From Candidatus Eiseniibacteriota bacterium (GTDB lineage Bacteria; Eisenbacteria; RBG-16-71-46): a DNA stretch of 64,000 nt. Made by a program: the position numbers and the translations under genes. The notes beneath the pieces are model-generated. The model was not told where the DNA came from. It was given only the letters and a program-made list of their open reading frames with translations, and did no database searches. Location of the stretch: NCBI GenBank assembly GCA_963717505.1, contig OY970342.1:64001-128000 (forward strand), written 5' to 3'. This document shows, in pieces, positions 29,826 through 39,991 of this stretch; positions within the stretch are counted from its first letter, which is position 1; each line of letters begins with the position of its first letter.

Positions 29826-30647
29826 CTACCGGGCCTCCGTGCCACGGGGCCGCAACGCGTGCGACGTGCGCCAGCTGACGTGCACCCAGCCGACCGACAG
29901 GTCGCGCACCATGTCGGGCGCCATCGTGTCGGGCGTGATCGCATTGGGAACGTTGGACAACGCGGACACGTTGCCGGCGTCGTCGCCGACTCGCGCCGCG
30001 AAGTAGTAGCGAACCTGGCGGCTGAGCCCGGTCACGGTGTGGTTTTGCTGCGAACCCGGGCTGGCGGGCGAGGGTTCGCCACTGACCTGGTTCGCGCTAT
30101 TCCAGTTCGAAGTCGTGATGTTCGACGTCGAGTAGCGGAGGTCGTAGGTCGACGCGGTCCCGGTCAGGCTGTCGTCTCCGACCGCGGTCCACGACAGCAG
30201 CGCCGTCGTGTCGGTCACCGAGCCGATGGCGAGCACCAGCGGCGCCGGCCGTGCAGCATCCGGAGCGGCGAGCGTCGTCGCGTCGATCACGTTCGAGATC
30301 GGCGCCCAGTTCGGCACGTCGTCTGCGGTCTTGATTGCGATCCAGTACCGGGTGTTCGGCTGGAGCCCGGTGATGGTCGCGTTCTGTAGCGTGCCCGGGC
30401 CGCTCGGATTCGGCGTTCCGGTCCAGCGGGTGGCCGAACCGAAGTTGGAAGCGTTGATCTGCGAAGTCGAGTAGCGAAGGTCGAACTGATTAGCGGTTCC
30501 GACCATGCCGTCGTCTCCAGGTGTCGTCCACTCGATGCGGATACTCTGATCCGTCACTTGCGCCTGTGACGGGGCGGCCGGGAGGTTCAGCACGGCTGCG
30601 AGTAGCGCGGCCGCACCCCAGGATGCGTTTGCTCGGCGAAGTCTCAT
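29826..30647 (-). CDS. Secreted protein with two fibronectin type III domains
   Basis: GGAGG RBS; signal peptide; WTTPGDDG...FDLRYS and WTAVGDD...YDLRYS repeats. Confidence 0.8.
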   Translation of the reverse strand: MRLRRANASWGAAALLAAVLNLPAAPSQAQVTDQSIRIEWTTPGDDGMVGTANQFDLRYSTSQINASNFGSATRWTGTPNPSGPGTLQNATITGLQPNTRYWIAIKTADDVPNWAPISNVIDATTLAAPDAARPAPLVLAIGSVTDTTALLSWTAVGDDSLTGTASTYDLRYSTSNITTSNWNSANQVSGEPSPASPGSQQNHTVTGLSRQVRYYFAARVGDDAGNVSALSNVPNAITPDTMAPDMVRDLSVGWVHVSWRTSHALRPRGTEAR

Positions 30648-31001
30648 GTCCCCTCCAGGGTCGCCGGCCCGAACGGACCGGCAGAGGCGCGACCAACAAG
30701 GCGAGGTGCAGATGCGCAGACTGCGAGGGGAAGCCCCCAGGGATGCAGTGCAACGATGTCTGAACCTCGAGGGAGGCAAGGCTGCGGCCCGGTCAGCATG
30801 AACTGTGCCCGGTGTGTCATCGCGAAATGCAGCGCGTGAGAGGGCCGTGGCTGCGTGGGTTTGGCCCCTTCACCCCGCGGGTATCGGTTGCCTCGCGGGC
30901 GAACTGCACGAAATTCTCCGGTGCTCCCGAGGTCTACTGACGCCGGTGGTCGCGTGCGGCGTGCAACGGCGGGTCGTGGACGATGCAACGGGGTTGCCGC
31001 G

Positions 31002-31031
31002 TTGACAGGCCGCCCTGGCCACGCCTAACGT
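31002..31031 (+). promoter_or_regulatory. Putative sigma70 promoter of the pil operon (TTGACA-N18-TAACGT)
   Basis: Perfect -35; palindrome GCAAC-N3-GTTGC at 30985-30997 just upstream. Confidence 0.5.
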
Positions 31032-31218
31032 CCCGGATCACGAAGAGCGGGGTGGGTTTGTCGGAACCCGAAGCCGGGCTCGTTCGCGCCAGCGCGCCCG
31101 CAGGTTCACAGGATCTTTTCCCCCGTCGCGGACGATATTCCCTACACTCGAATGGTGGTCAGGGCCGGAGCCGGCAACCCCGCCGGGCCGGGCCGCCCCC
31201 GCATCTCCACGGAGCCCC

Positions 31219-32337
31219 ATGCCGGTCCTCCCCATCGACCGCGACGCCATCCTCCGCCGTGCCGCGGAGCTCGGGGCCTCCGACCTGATCCTCACCGCCG
31301 GGCACCCGGTCATGATCACGGTGGCGGGCGTGTTTCAGCCGATGACGGACTCTCCGACCCTGCGCGCCGAGGACACGCGCGCGCTGGTCACCAGCTTCCT
31401 CACGCCCGAGAACCTCGAGCGCTTCGAGCGCGACATGGAGCTGGACACGCGGGTATTCCTCCCGGGGAGTGCCCACTTCCGCGTCAACCTGTTCGTTCAG
31501 CGCGGGTCCTGGGGCGCGGCGATCCGCATCGTGCCGCTCAAGATCCCGATTCCCTCCGAGATCGGGCTGCCGCCGCACATGGTCAGTCGCATGCTCGGCT
31601 TCACGCGCGGCCTGATCCTGGTGACCGGGCCGACCGGGGCCGGGAAGTCGACGACCATCGCGGCACTTCTCGAGCAGCTGAACCAGAGCGAGGGGCACCG
31701 GCACGTGGTCACCATCGAAGACCCGATCGAGTTCGTCTTCGAGGCCAAGAACGCCGTGTTCGACCAGCGCGAGGTCGGGGTCGACACCCGCACCTACGCG
31801 CGCGGGCTGAAGGGCGCCCTGCGCCAGTTGCCGCACGTGATCTTCGTCGGCGAGATGCGGGATCTTTCGAGCATTGCCATCGCCCTGACCGCGGCCGAGA
31901 CCGGCAACCTGGTGATTTCGACCATGGCCACCCAGTCGGCGCCTCAGACCGTGACCCGCGTGATCGACGCCTTCCCGGCGCACCAGCAGCCCCAGATCCG
32001 CGCCCAGCTCGCGCTGACCCTGCGGGCGGTGGTCTCGCAGGTGCTGTTGCCCCGAGCCGACGGCCGCGGCCGCATTGCCGCGCGCGAGATCATGTTCGTC
32101 ACGCCCGCCATCCAGAACCTGATTCGTGAGGACAAGATCCACCAGATCGCGAACGTCATCTCGACCGGGATGCGCGAGGACATGCTCTCGATGAGCGACG
32201 CGTTGGCCGAGCTGGTCGAGCGCGGATTGATCAGCTACGAGACCGCGCACCCGTACTTCGAAGACCCCGAGAAGCGCGCGGCGCTGCAGAAGCGTTTCTA
32301 CCGGGTCACGCCCATCCGCCACGGAGCCGCAGGATGA
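31219..32337 (+). CDS. pilT: PilT/PilU-family retraction ATPase with degenerate His box
   Basis: FRVN, GPTGAGKSTT, TIEDPIE, QREVG.DT, VGEMRD, AIQNLIRE. Confidence 0.9.
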   Translation: MPVLPIDRDAILRRAAELGASDLILTAGHPVMITVAGVFQPMTDSPTLRAEDTRALVTSFLTPENLERFERDMELDTRVFLPGSAHFRVNLFVQRGSWGAAIRIVPLKIPIPSEIGLPPHMVSRMLGFTRGLILVTGPTGAGKSTTIAALLEQLNQSEGHRHVVTIEDPIEFVFEAKNAVFDQREVGVDTRTYARGLKGALRQLPHVIFVGEMRDLSSIAIALTAAETGNLVISTMATQSAPQTVTRVIDAFPAHQQPQIRAQLALTLRAVVSQVLLPRADGRGRIAAREIMFVTPAIQNLIREDKIHQIANVISTGMREDMLSMSDALAELVERGLISYETAHPYFEDPEKRAALQKRFYRVTPIRHGAAG

Positions 32338-34055
32338 CCATCTCCTTCCGGCTCTCGACGCGCCGTTTCGGCGAGCTGCTGGTCGACCGCGGCAAGCTCA
32401 CCGCCGACCAGATCGCGCATGCGCTCAAGTCGCGGCTGGACGCCCGCGAGCGCCTCGGGCAGACCCTGGTGCGCCTCGGGCTCCTGAACGAAGGCGACGT
32501 GGTCGAGCTGCTGGCCACCCAGTTCTCGCTGCCGATCGCCGATGCCGAGCTGTTGTCGCACGCCGAACCCGACGCCGTGGCTTTGGTCCCCGAGCACCTG
32601 GCGCGCGAAGCGCTGGTCCTCGCCTTGCGCAAGAGCGACGAGACGCTCGAAGTCGCGGTCGGCGACCCGCTCGACGTGGTATCGCTCGACCATCTGCGCG
32701 CGCTGACCGGCTGCAATCTCAAGGTCTGGCTGGCCCGCCCGACCGACGTGCGGGAAGCGATCGACGGCTTCTACCAGGAGATCCGGGCGACCGAGAAAGT
32801 CGGCGAGATCCTCGACACGCTCGACCTGTCCGGCGTGTCCGAGGAAGACGACGTCGACCTCGCGGTCCTGCGCCAGCAGGTCGAGGACGCCCCGGTCGTG
32901 CGTCTGGTCAACCTGATGCTCGCCGAGGCGATCGACGCGCGGGCCAGCGACATCCACGTCGAGCCCATGCGCGAGCGCATGTCGGTGCGTTTCCGCATCG
33001 ACGGTGTGCTGCACGAGATGATGCGTCCGCCCAAGAACCTCCAGATGGCGATCGTCTCGCGGATCAAGGTGCTGTCCGAGCTGGACATCGCCATCCGCCT
33101 GCTGCCGCAGGACGGCCGCCTCAGCGTCCACCTGCCCGACCGCGAGGTCGACATCCGCGTCTCGACCCTGCCGACTTCGTTCGGCGAGAAGGTCGTGATG
33201 CGACTGTTCGACAAGCGGGCGTTCGCCCGCGAAATCGGCAACCTCGGTCTGGTCGGCCAGGGCCTCGAAGCGTTTCGCGAGGCCATCCACCTGCCCTACG
33301 GAATGATCCTGATCTCGGGACCGACCGGAAGCGGCAAGACCACCACGCTCTACTCCGCGCTCAACGAGATCAAGAGCGAGCACCGGAACCTGGTCACGGT
33401 CGAGGACCCGATCGAATACCACATCGAGGGCGTGAACCAGGTACACGCCAACCACAAGGTCGGCATGACCTTCGCGCGGGCTCTACGCTCGATCCTGCGC
33501 CAGGACCCCGACGTCATCATGGTCGGTGAGATCCGCGACGCCGAGACCGCCGACATCGCGGTCAAGAGCGCCTTGACCGGCCACCTGGTGTTCTCCTCGG
33601 TCCACGCCAACGACGCCCCGGGCACGGTGACCCGCCTGGTCGACATGGGGGTTCCCCCCTATCTGGTGGGCTCGGCGGTGACGCTGGTCATGGCCCAACG
33701 CCTGGTTCGAAGAATCTGCGACCGCTGCAAGGAGAGCTTCGTGGCCGAAGCCGAACACGTTTCGGCCTTGGGCGAGGACGGCGAGGCGATCCTGGGCCGG
33801 GAGATCGCGCGCGGCCGGGGCTGCATTGCGTGCAAGCAAACCGGCTACTCGGGGCGGTCGGCGGTTTTCGAGGTCATGGCGGTGAACAAGGCGGTGCGCC
33901 GCATGGTCCTGGACCGGCTCAACGAGGACGAGATCAAGCACCGTGCGGTCGCCGACGGCTTCATGACCCTGCGTAAGAGTGGTATTCGCAAGGTCTTGGA
34001 CCAGGCGACCACCATCGAAGAAATCCGTGCAGCGACCCTTTCCGATCACGTATGA
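32334..34055 (+). CDS. pilB: Type IV pilus assembly ATPase PilB/GspE with N-terminal MshEN-like domain
   Basis: RFGELLV..G / RLGQTLV..G; ASDIH.EP; LPQDGR; GPTGSGKTTT; LRQDPDVIMVGEIRD; TGHLVFSSVH; CxxC...CxxC. Confidence 0.95.
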   Translation: MTISFRLSTRRFGELLVDRGKLTADQIAHALKSRLDARERLGQTLVRLGLLNEGDVVELLATQFSLPIADAELLSHAEPDAVALVPEHLAREALVLALRKSDETLEVAVGDPLDVVSLDHLRALTGCNLKVWLARPTDVREAIDGFYQEIRATEKVGEILDTLDLSGVSEEDDVDLAVLRQQVEDAPVVRLVNLMLAEAIDARASDIHVEPMRERMSVRFRIDGVLHEMMRPPKNLQMAIVSRIKVLSELDIAIRLLPQDGRLSVHLPDREVDIRVSTLPTSFGEKVVMRLFDKRAFAREIGNLGLVGQGLEAFREAIHLPYGMILISGPTGSGKTTTLYSALNEIKSEHRNLVTVEDPIEYHIEGVNQVHANHKVGMTFARALRSILRQDPDVIMVGEIRDAETADIAVKSALTGHLVFSSVHANDAPGTVTRLVDMGVPPYLVGSAVTLVMAQRLVRRICDRCKESFVAEAEHVSALGEDGEAILGREIARGRGCIACKQTGYSGRSAVFEVMAVNKAVRRMVLDRLNEDEIKHRAVADGFMTLRKSGIRKVLDQATTIEEIRAATLSDHV

Positions 34056-34103
34056 TGACCCCCTTCAAAGAGAGCAACTCACCTCCGAGGCCGTTCCCGC
34101 ACC

Positions 34104-35354
34104 ATGCCTAGCTACTTCTACCGGGCCCGGGATCCCGACGGGCGCCCGCACGAGGGCGTCGAAGTCGCCTCCTCCGAAGAGGAGGTCCTGCGCACCCTGT
34201 CCAACGCGCGGCTCGTCCCGGTCCTGATCGAGTCGCGAACCGCCGCCGGCCGCAGCGAGCTGGGCGAACGGGTCCGGCAATCGGTCGACAGAGTGCGGAT
34301 GCGCGTCAAGCCGTCCTCTGTCGCCCTGTTCGCGCGCCAGCTTTCGACCATGATCGCCGTCGGTTTGCCGCTGGTTCGTTCGCTGCGCTCGATCTGCCGG
34401 GACCACCACGATCGGCGGCTGTCCAAGGTGCTCGAGCAGGTTGCGGACGACGTCCAGAAGGGCGACTCGCTGTCGGCAGCGCTCGCCCGGCACCCGGCCG
34501 CGTTCGACGAGGTGTTCGTGAGCCTGGTCCAGACCGGCGAAATGAGCGGCACGCTCGACACGATCATGGATCAGACCGCCACCTATCTGGAGAAGGCGGA
34601 AGCCCTGCGCCTGCGGGTCGAAGCGGCGCTGCGCTACCCGGTGTTCATCTTCACCTTCGCGGCCCTGATCCTGGCGGCGATGATCGTCAAGATCGTTCCG
34701 ATGTTCGCGAGCATCTACGAGCGCTTCAAGGTGCCGCTGCCGCTCCCGACCCAGATCATGCTGATGACGAGCAAGGTGGTGACCACTCACCTGGTGTGGT
34801 TCGCGCTCGGTCTTGGCGTGCTGGTTTTCGGCTTCTGGGCATGGAGTCAGTCGGAACGGGGGCGCCTGCTCATCGACCAGGCCAAATTCAATGTGCCGCT
34901 GTTCGGATCGCTGATCCGCATGTACGCGATCACCAAGTTCGCCCGCACGCTGGGCATCCTGACCGCGAGCGGAACCCAGATCCTGCATGCGCTGCGCGTG
35001 ATGCGTCCGGTGCCCGGCAATCGGGTGCTGGTCGCCGGGATCGACTTCGTGCGCGCCAAGGTCGAGCAGGGAACGCCGCTCGCACGATCGATGGGCGAGG
35101 CCGGAGTGTTCCCCGAGATGTTGGTGCAGATGACGTCGACCGGCGAGGAGACCGGCCAGCTCGACACCATGCTCATGCGCACCGCCGACTTCTACGAGCA
35201 GCGGGTGACCGCCGCGGTGGACGGGCTGAGTTCGCTGATCGAGCCGGTGGCGATCGTCGTACTGGGCGGCGTGATCGGCGTCATGCTGCTTGCCCTCTAT
35301 CTGCCGATTTTCAACCTCGGTCAGGCGATGCGCCAGGGACTCGGAGCTCCCTAA
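34104..35354 (+). CDS. pilC: Type IV pilus platform protein PilC/GspF
   Basis: FARQLSTMI..GLPL, GE.SG.LD, YP, LP.PT, GEETG.LD.ML, IEP, LYLPIF. Confidence 0.95.
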   Translation: MPSYFYRARDPDGRPHEGVEVASSEEEVLRTLSNARLVPVLIESRTAAGRSELGERVRQSVDRVRMRVKPSSVALFARQLSTMIAVGLPLVRSLRSICRDHHDRRLSKVLEQVADDVQKGDSLSAALARHPAAFDEVFVSLVQTGEMSGTLDTIMDQTATYLEKAEALRLRVEAALRYPVFIFTFAALILAAMIVKIVPMFASIYERFKVPLPLPTQIMLMTSKVVTTHLVWFALGLGVLVFGFWAWSQSERGRLLIDQAKFNVPLFGSLIRMYAITKFARTLGILTASGTQILHALRVMRPVPGNRVLVAGIDFVRAKVEQGTPLARSMGEAGVFPEMLVQMTSTGEETGQLDTMLMRTADFYEQRVTAAVDGLSSLIEPVAIVVLGGVIGVMLLALYLPIFNLGQAMRQGLGAP

Positions 35355-35594
35355 GACCCGGTTTTCGGGCAAATCGCACGCCGGGTCGAACCGGGCCCGG
35401 CATCGGTCGAGACGTGCAACAGGCTGCGGCCCAGCGCTTTGCGTGGACGGACGTCGATCAGGAGACCCCCAACCCGCGGGCCCCGGCCGGGCCAAGATTG
35501 TGGCGGTTTCTCGCGAACTCGTGAGAGAATCGCCGACCGAGACAGGCCATCCCGCCGATGGCGCCCCTCCCTAGGGGGCCTCTACGAGGAGAAC

Positions 35595-36008
35595 ATGAAG
35601 AAACATCGCAAGCAGCGCGGCTTCACCCTGATGGAGCTCATGGTGGTCATCATCATCGTGGCGATCCTCGCCGCGGTGGCCGTCCCGCTCTACATCAACT
35701 ATGTGAAGGACGCGAAGCGGACCGAGGCGAAAGGTGCGATTGCGGCCATCATCAGTGCAGAACAGATCTACTTCCAGGGCAATGACAGCTATATCGATGC
35801 CGCCGATACCGCGGCCATCGAATCGGCGCTCAGAGTCGACCTCACCGATGTGGGAACCAATTGGGACTTCGCGGTCAGCGGATCCAGCGGCACCGGCTTC
35901 ACGGTCACCGCGACGGGTAAGGCGGCGGCAGCAACCCTGGTCGCCTGTTGCACCTACTCCAAGTCGGCCAACCCCGTCTGGGGCGACGAGGTCAACGGCT
36001 GCCCCTGA
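35595..36008 (+). CDS. Type IVa major pilin (PilA/PilE-like)
   Basis: MKKHRKQRG|FTLMELMVVIIIVAILAAVAVPLY; GAGGAG RBS; own 240-bp upstream region; C-terminal cysteines. Confidence 0.9.
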   Translation: MKKHRKQRGFTLMELMVVIIIVAILAAVAVPLYINYVKDAKRTEAKGAIAAIISAEQIYFQGNDSYIDAADTAAIESALRVDLTDVGTNWDFAVSGSSGTGFTVTATGKAAAATLVACCTYSKSANPVWGDEVNGCP

Positions 36009-36024
36009 GGTCACCGTCGGCCGT

Positions 36025-36426
36025 TTGACCCGCAGCCGGTCCGAGCAGGGCTTTTCGCTGATCGAAGCGATGGTCGCCACGGTGGTCGCCACCGTGGCGG
36101 TCCTCGGGCTCGCCTACACGTTCAGCCTCGGACGAGGCTTCATCAACCGGTTCGAGATCGCTCGTAGCGCCCTGACGGTCGCGGAGTCCCGCCTCGAGCA
36201 GCTCCACGGCGACCCCGACAGTCCGGCTCTTTCCACCGACAGCACCCACGTTCGTCCGTTCAACCTGGGCGGGCGTGAAATCGGCCTCGAGGAATGGATC
36301 GTGGTCTGGTTCAACGATCCCTCGATCCCGGGAACCCAGGACCTCAAGCAGGTCACGGTCATCGTCTCCTGGAGCATGAGCGGGCAGCCGGACAGCGTGC
36401 GGCTGAGCCGTCTCTTCCGTCCCTGA
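36025..36426 (+). CDS. Minor pilin (PilV-like)
   Basis: EQG|FSLIEAMVA class III signal; VTVIVSW; TTG start inferred. Confidence 0.8.
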   Translation: MTRSRSEQGFSLIEAMVATVVATVAVLGLAYTFSLGRGFINRFEIARSALTVAESRLEQLHGDPDSPALSTDSTHVRPFNLGGREIGLEEWIVVWFNDPSIPGTQDLKQVTVIVSWSMSGQPDSVRLSRLFRP

Positions 36427-36431
36427 CCCCC

Positions 36432-36917
36432 ATGGACTCCCGCTCCCAGACCGGCCTGACACTCACCGAGCTGGCGATCGTCATGGTGCTCGCGGCGATG
36501 GTCACGGTCGGGCTCGTGACCTTCTACCTCAATTCCCAGGGCATGTGGGTGGACGCCTCGACCCAGTCCATGGTTCAGCGCGATGCCTCGCTGATCGTCG
36601 AACGCATGGCGCAGCGAACGCACCTCGCCTACACTGCGGACGTCCTCAGCGACCCCGACAGCCTTCACCAGACGGTGATCCTGTTCACGCGCGACCTCGA
36701 AGAGACCTCGCGCTTCTGGTGGAAGTCGAGCGACAGCCTGATCCACTACAGCATCGGCTCCTCGGGCGTGGATCGCGGCCCGATCGTCGGCTCCAAGGTG
36801 GAGCTCTTCAAGCTCGATCGGGACACGAGCCACGTCTACCTCCGGGACCTCACGATGGCGACCACCGCCGGCAATCCGGTCCAGATGACCGCCACCATGC
36901 GGCTCTACAACCGATGA
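36432..36917 (+). CDS. Minor pilin (PilW-like)
   Basis: QTG|LTLTELAIVMVL. Confidence 0.8.
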   Translation: MDSRSQTGLTLTELAIVMVLAAMVTVGLVTFYLNSQGMWVDASTQSMVQRDASLIVERMAQRTHLAYTADVLSDPDSLHQTVILFTRDLEETSRFWWKSSDSLIHYSIGSSGVDRGPIVGSKVELFKLDRDTSHVYLRDLTMATTAGNPVQMTATMRLYNR

Positions 36918-38280
36918 ACGAGTCGACACCAAGCCGGCGCAGCCGGGTCCACGACCGGGCTTCCGAGGAGGGCGGATTCCTCCTGGTCGGCGTCGCCATG
37001 TTCGTGCTCGCGTTGACCATCCTGGGGGTTTCGCTGTTCAGCCTGTCGGGCTTCGAAGCCCAGTTCCTCGGACAGTCGATGCGGCGCTCGCAGGCGTTCT
37101 ACGACGCGCTCGGCGGCATCGACCGGTCGCTCCGGGTGTTGTCGGAGACCAACGATATGAACGCGGTCGCGGCCAATTTGCCGCCGGGAATCATCTATGC
37201 GCGCGCCTGGCAGGGCGATGATTCGACGGCCGTGAACTGGCAGGACACGACCGCGATTCGCGTGCGTGTGGTCGCCGAGCGCGGGGTCGCTCCCGAAATC
37301 GAGCGCCGCATGCTGGAGGGGATCTATCGGCACGCGGCGACGCGGCGTCCCACCTGTACGAGGAGGTGATCGCGACCACCGGCCTGATCTGGCTCCAGCA
37401 ATATCCGCAAAACACAACTCCGGGCGCACGACCGGTCGACGACGATGAGTGCGACAACGTCTTTGCCTACGGGCGGATTCGCCAGAACAGCGCGAACGTC
37501 TCGGGCTGGATCGACGATCTCTGCCGCAGCCGGCCACGTTCGCGGGTGGCGGCGTCGCGGTACCGCTGGTCGGACGAGTTCATCGCCTACTGGTTGTCAG
37601 TCGGGGGCCGCAGCACAGCTGCCCGATTACGACACGGGCGACGACGGGCATGACGACGAGCACCGATGACTTCAGCGGTTTCTCCGGCCGGTCGGCGTCT
37701 TCATCAGGGCCCACCTGCAGGGTCGGCGCCGACCGGAAGAGCGGATACGGGCTGAGCGATGGCAGCACCGACGACATTCGACTGAGATCTGGGTGCAGGC
37801 AAGCCGGTGATCTGGCTACTGCCCAACGGCGTGCATTTCGAGCAGCACGTCTCGGGTTCGAACGACGACCTGCCGGCGACGCGGCTGATCATCGTCGCCG
37901 GGACCAGCACCGACACGACGTTCAAGTTCAAGCTGGGGACCAACCTGGGATCTGGTTCCGTGGCGGCATCGACTGCCCGGTTCCGCTCTACCTGGTCTCG
38001 AGCGGTTCGATTTCGCTCGACCGCGACCAGGACTCGGAAGACTTTTCGGCACTGCGATCACGTCTCGATTTACGCGGGCGGCAGCGTTCACCTGCGCGGC
38101 TCGGAAGTCAAGCATTCCGGACCACGACCGCAGGAACGCTGCGGCACAGTCCGAGCGGCGACGCGATCTGTCGACACCCTCATCCAGAAACACTACCTTC
38201 CGAATACGCTTTCCGGTTCCGGCGGCAACGTTCAATTCACGCTGGTCAGTGGCACGTTCCAAGACCCTCCCACGCCGTGA
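36914..38280 (+). CDS. Large PilX/GspK-like minor pilin, broken by multiple frameshifts between about 37330 and 38150
   Basis: EEGG|FLLVGVAMFVL (no Glu+5, PilX-like); QAFY.A.GG; coding-like segments continue across frames to TGA 38280. Confidence 0.65.
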
Positions 38281-38305
38281 TCGCGCCTCCGAGGATTGAA
38301 CCTCG

Positions 38306-39358
38306 ATGAAGGCCGGGCTTCGCTCGCGCCCCTGGGTGGGCGTCGATCTCGGCGGCTTCAGCGTCAAGATCCTGGCCACGATGGGCGGGGTCGGAGGCAC
38401 CCGCACCTGGCTCAGCGAAAAGCCGATCCCGGTCTCCGAGAAGGACCGGAACACGGCGGCCGGGCGCGAGACGGTGGCGCGCGTCGTCGCCGACGCCCTG
38501 GCCGAAGCGGGCTTGTCGCTGCGCGGCCTGCACGGCATCACGCTCGGGGTCTCGGGCCCCGATGTGATCCTGAAGCAGATCCAGTTGCCGCTGATGGACG
38601 AATCCGAAGTCGGCTCGGCCCTCCGCTTCGAGGCGCGCAAGCACCTGCCGTTCGACATCCACAACATGGTGATCGACTTCCAGGTGCTCAGCCGTTCGGT
38701 GTCCGAGAAGCGCATGGATCTGCTGCTCGCGGCCGTGCCTCAGGAACGGCTCGATCGCATGGTCGCGCCGTTTCGCATGCTCGGGCTCGAAGCCGACATC
38801 GTGGATGCATCACCGCTGGCGCTGGCCAACGCGTTGTTCACGCTGGTCGACCCCGGCAAGGAATCGCATCTCATGCTCGACCTCGGGCACTCCGCGTCGC
38901 ACCTGCTTCTCTATCAGCGATCGCAGCCGTTTTTCGCCCGGCGGCTGGACTTCGGCGGGCGCACACTGACCGAGGCCGTCGCCCGCGGCACGAAAGTGCC
39001 GTTCGACGAGGCCGAAGAGTGGAAAGTGTCCGCCGGATCGGACCGGCCCGGCTTTCGCGTCGACTGGAACCTGCCGGAGATGGGTTTCATCCTCGACGCG
39101 CTGCGATTCCAGCTACTCGATGAAGTCCGGCGATCGCTCGCGTTCTATCGCACGATCGGCACGCTCCCCGAATCGTTCTCGATGTGGCTCTCGGGCGGAT
39201 CGGCGCGACTGCCCGGCCTCGCCGATCGGCTCCAGGAATTGCTAGAGTGCCCGGTGCGCGTCTTCAACCCCATGGAATTGCTGAGCGGCACCGATGGACA
39301 TCCGGCCGTCGCCCCGCAGTTCGCGCAAGCGTACGGGCTCTCGCTGCGTAGCGCGTGA
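38306..39358 (+). CDS. pilM: Type IV pilus alignment protein PilM
   Basis: VGVDLG..SVK, EA..HLPFD, LL.AV, LDLG, LSGGSARLPGL, A.GL.LR. Confidence 0.9.
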   Translation: MKAGLRSRPWVGVDLGGFSVKILATMGGVGGTRTWLSEKPIPVSEKDRNTAAGRETVARVVADALAEAGLSLRGLHGITLGVSGPDVILKQIQLPLMDESEVGSALRFEARKHLPFDIHNMVIDFQVLSRSVSEKRMDLLLAAVPQERLDRMVAPFRMLGLEADIVDASPLALANALFTLVDPGKESHLMLDLGHSASHLLLYQRSQPFFARRLDFGGRTLTEAVARGTKVPFDEAEEWKVSAGSDRPGFRVDWNLPEMGFILDALRFQLLDEVRRSLAFYRTIGTLPESFSMWLSGGSARLPGLADRLQELLECPVRVFNPMELLSGTDGHPAVAPQFAQAYGLSLRSA

Positions 39359-39415
39359 GCCGCGCGCTGGCTTCGGCACCGAAGCCGACCGCGAAACCGG
39401 CTCGAAAAGGACGGC

Positions 39416-39991
39416 ATGAGCGCGATCTTCTTCATCAACTTCCGCCGTGAGGCCTACGAGGCCGCGCTGGCGCGCGCCCGGCGACGCGTCATCATGCTCG
39501 GGGTCTGGGTCGGCTACTTCGGTGTGATCGGTGTCATTCTCGGACTGTACGGCCTGAACTGCGTCGCGCTGCACCGCCGGGTGCACCTGATCGAACGCCA
39601 GGCCGAGAGGATGCGGCGTGAACAGGGCGCCGGCGCCGACTGGGAGCTGCGCTCGACCGAGCTGGCCCTGCTCGAGCAATACGTGGCCAATCCCCGAACC
39701 TGGCGGGACCGCCTGGGTCGCCTGGGAGCCATCCTGCCCGCGAACGTGCGTCTGACTTCGGTGGCGGTGAATCCGCAAAATCTGACCGCGCAGGCCGACC
39801 AGAATCGACTGGTGATCCAGGGGCTGGTGCGTACCGCGGCCGGACAGGATCGTACGCAGGATGTGCTCAAAGTCGTCAGCCTCTTACACGACGATTCGCT
39901 GTTCGCGCGCGGGTACCAGACCATCAAGCTGTCCTCGACCAAGGTCTCCGAGGGCGACAACGTCGCCGAGTTCACGATCGAATGCCGCTGA
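39416..39991 (+). CDS. pilN: PilN-like protein
   Basis: N-terminal INF (INL-type) motif, one TM, coiled coil, LP.NV.LTS; follows pilM. Confidence 0.75.
   Translation: MSAIFFINFRREAYEAALARARRRVIMLGVWVGYFGVIGVILGLYGLNCVALHRRVHLIERQAERMRREQGAGADWELRSTELALLEQYVANPRTWRDRLGRLGAILPANVRLTSVAVNPQNLTAQADQNRLVIQGLVRTAAGQDRTQDVLKVVSLLHDDSLFARGYQTIKLSSTKVSEGDNVAEFTIECR

Noticed and set aside
35355-35594. Possible c-di-GMP-I riboswitch upstream of the pilin (GGCAAA and GCTTTGCGT fragments)
   Set aside because: The elements are on inconsistent strands and the GAAA tetraloop stem is absent; an Infernal scan would settle it
37330-38280. Diversity-generating retroelement target or programmed frameshifting in pilX
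   Set aside because: No reverse transcriptase or template repeat seen; the changes are scattered indels without slippery motifs
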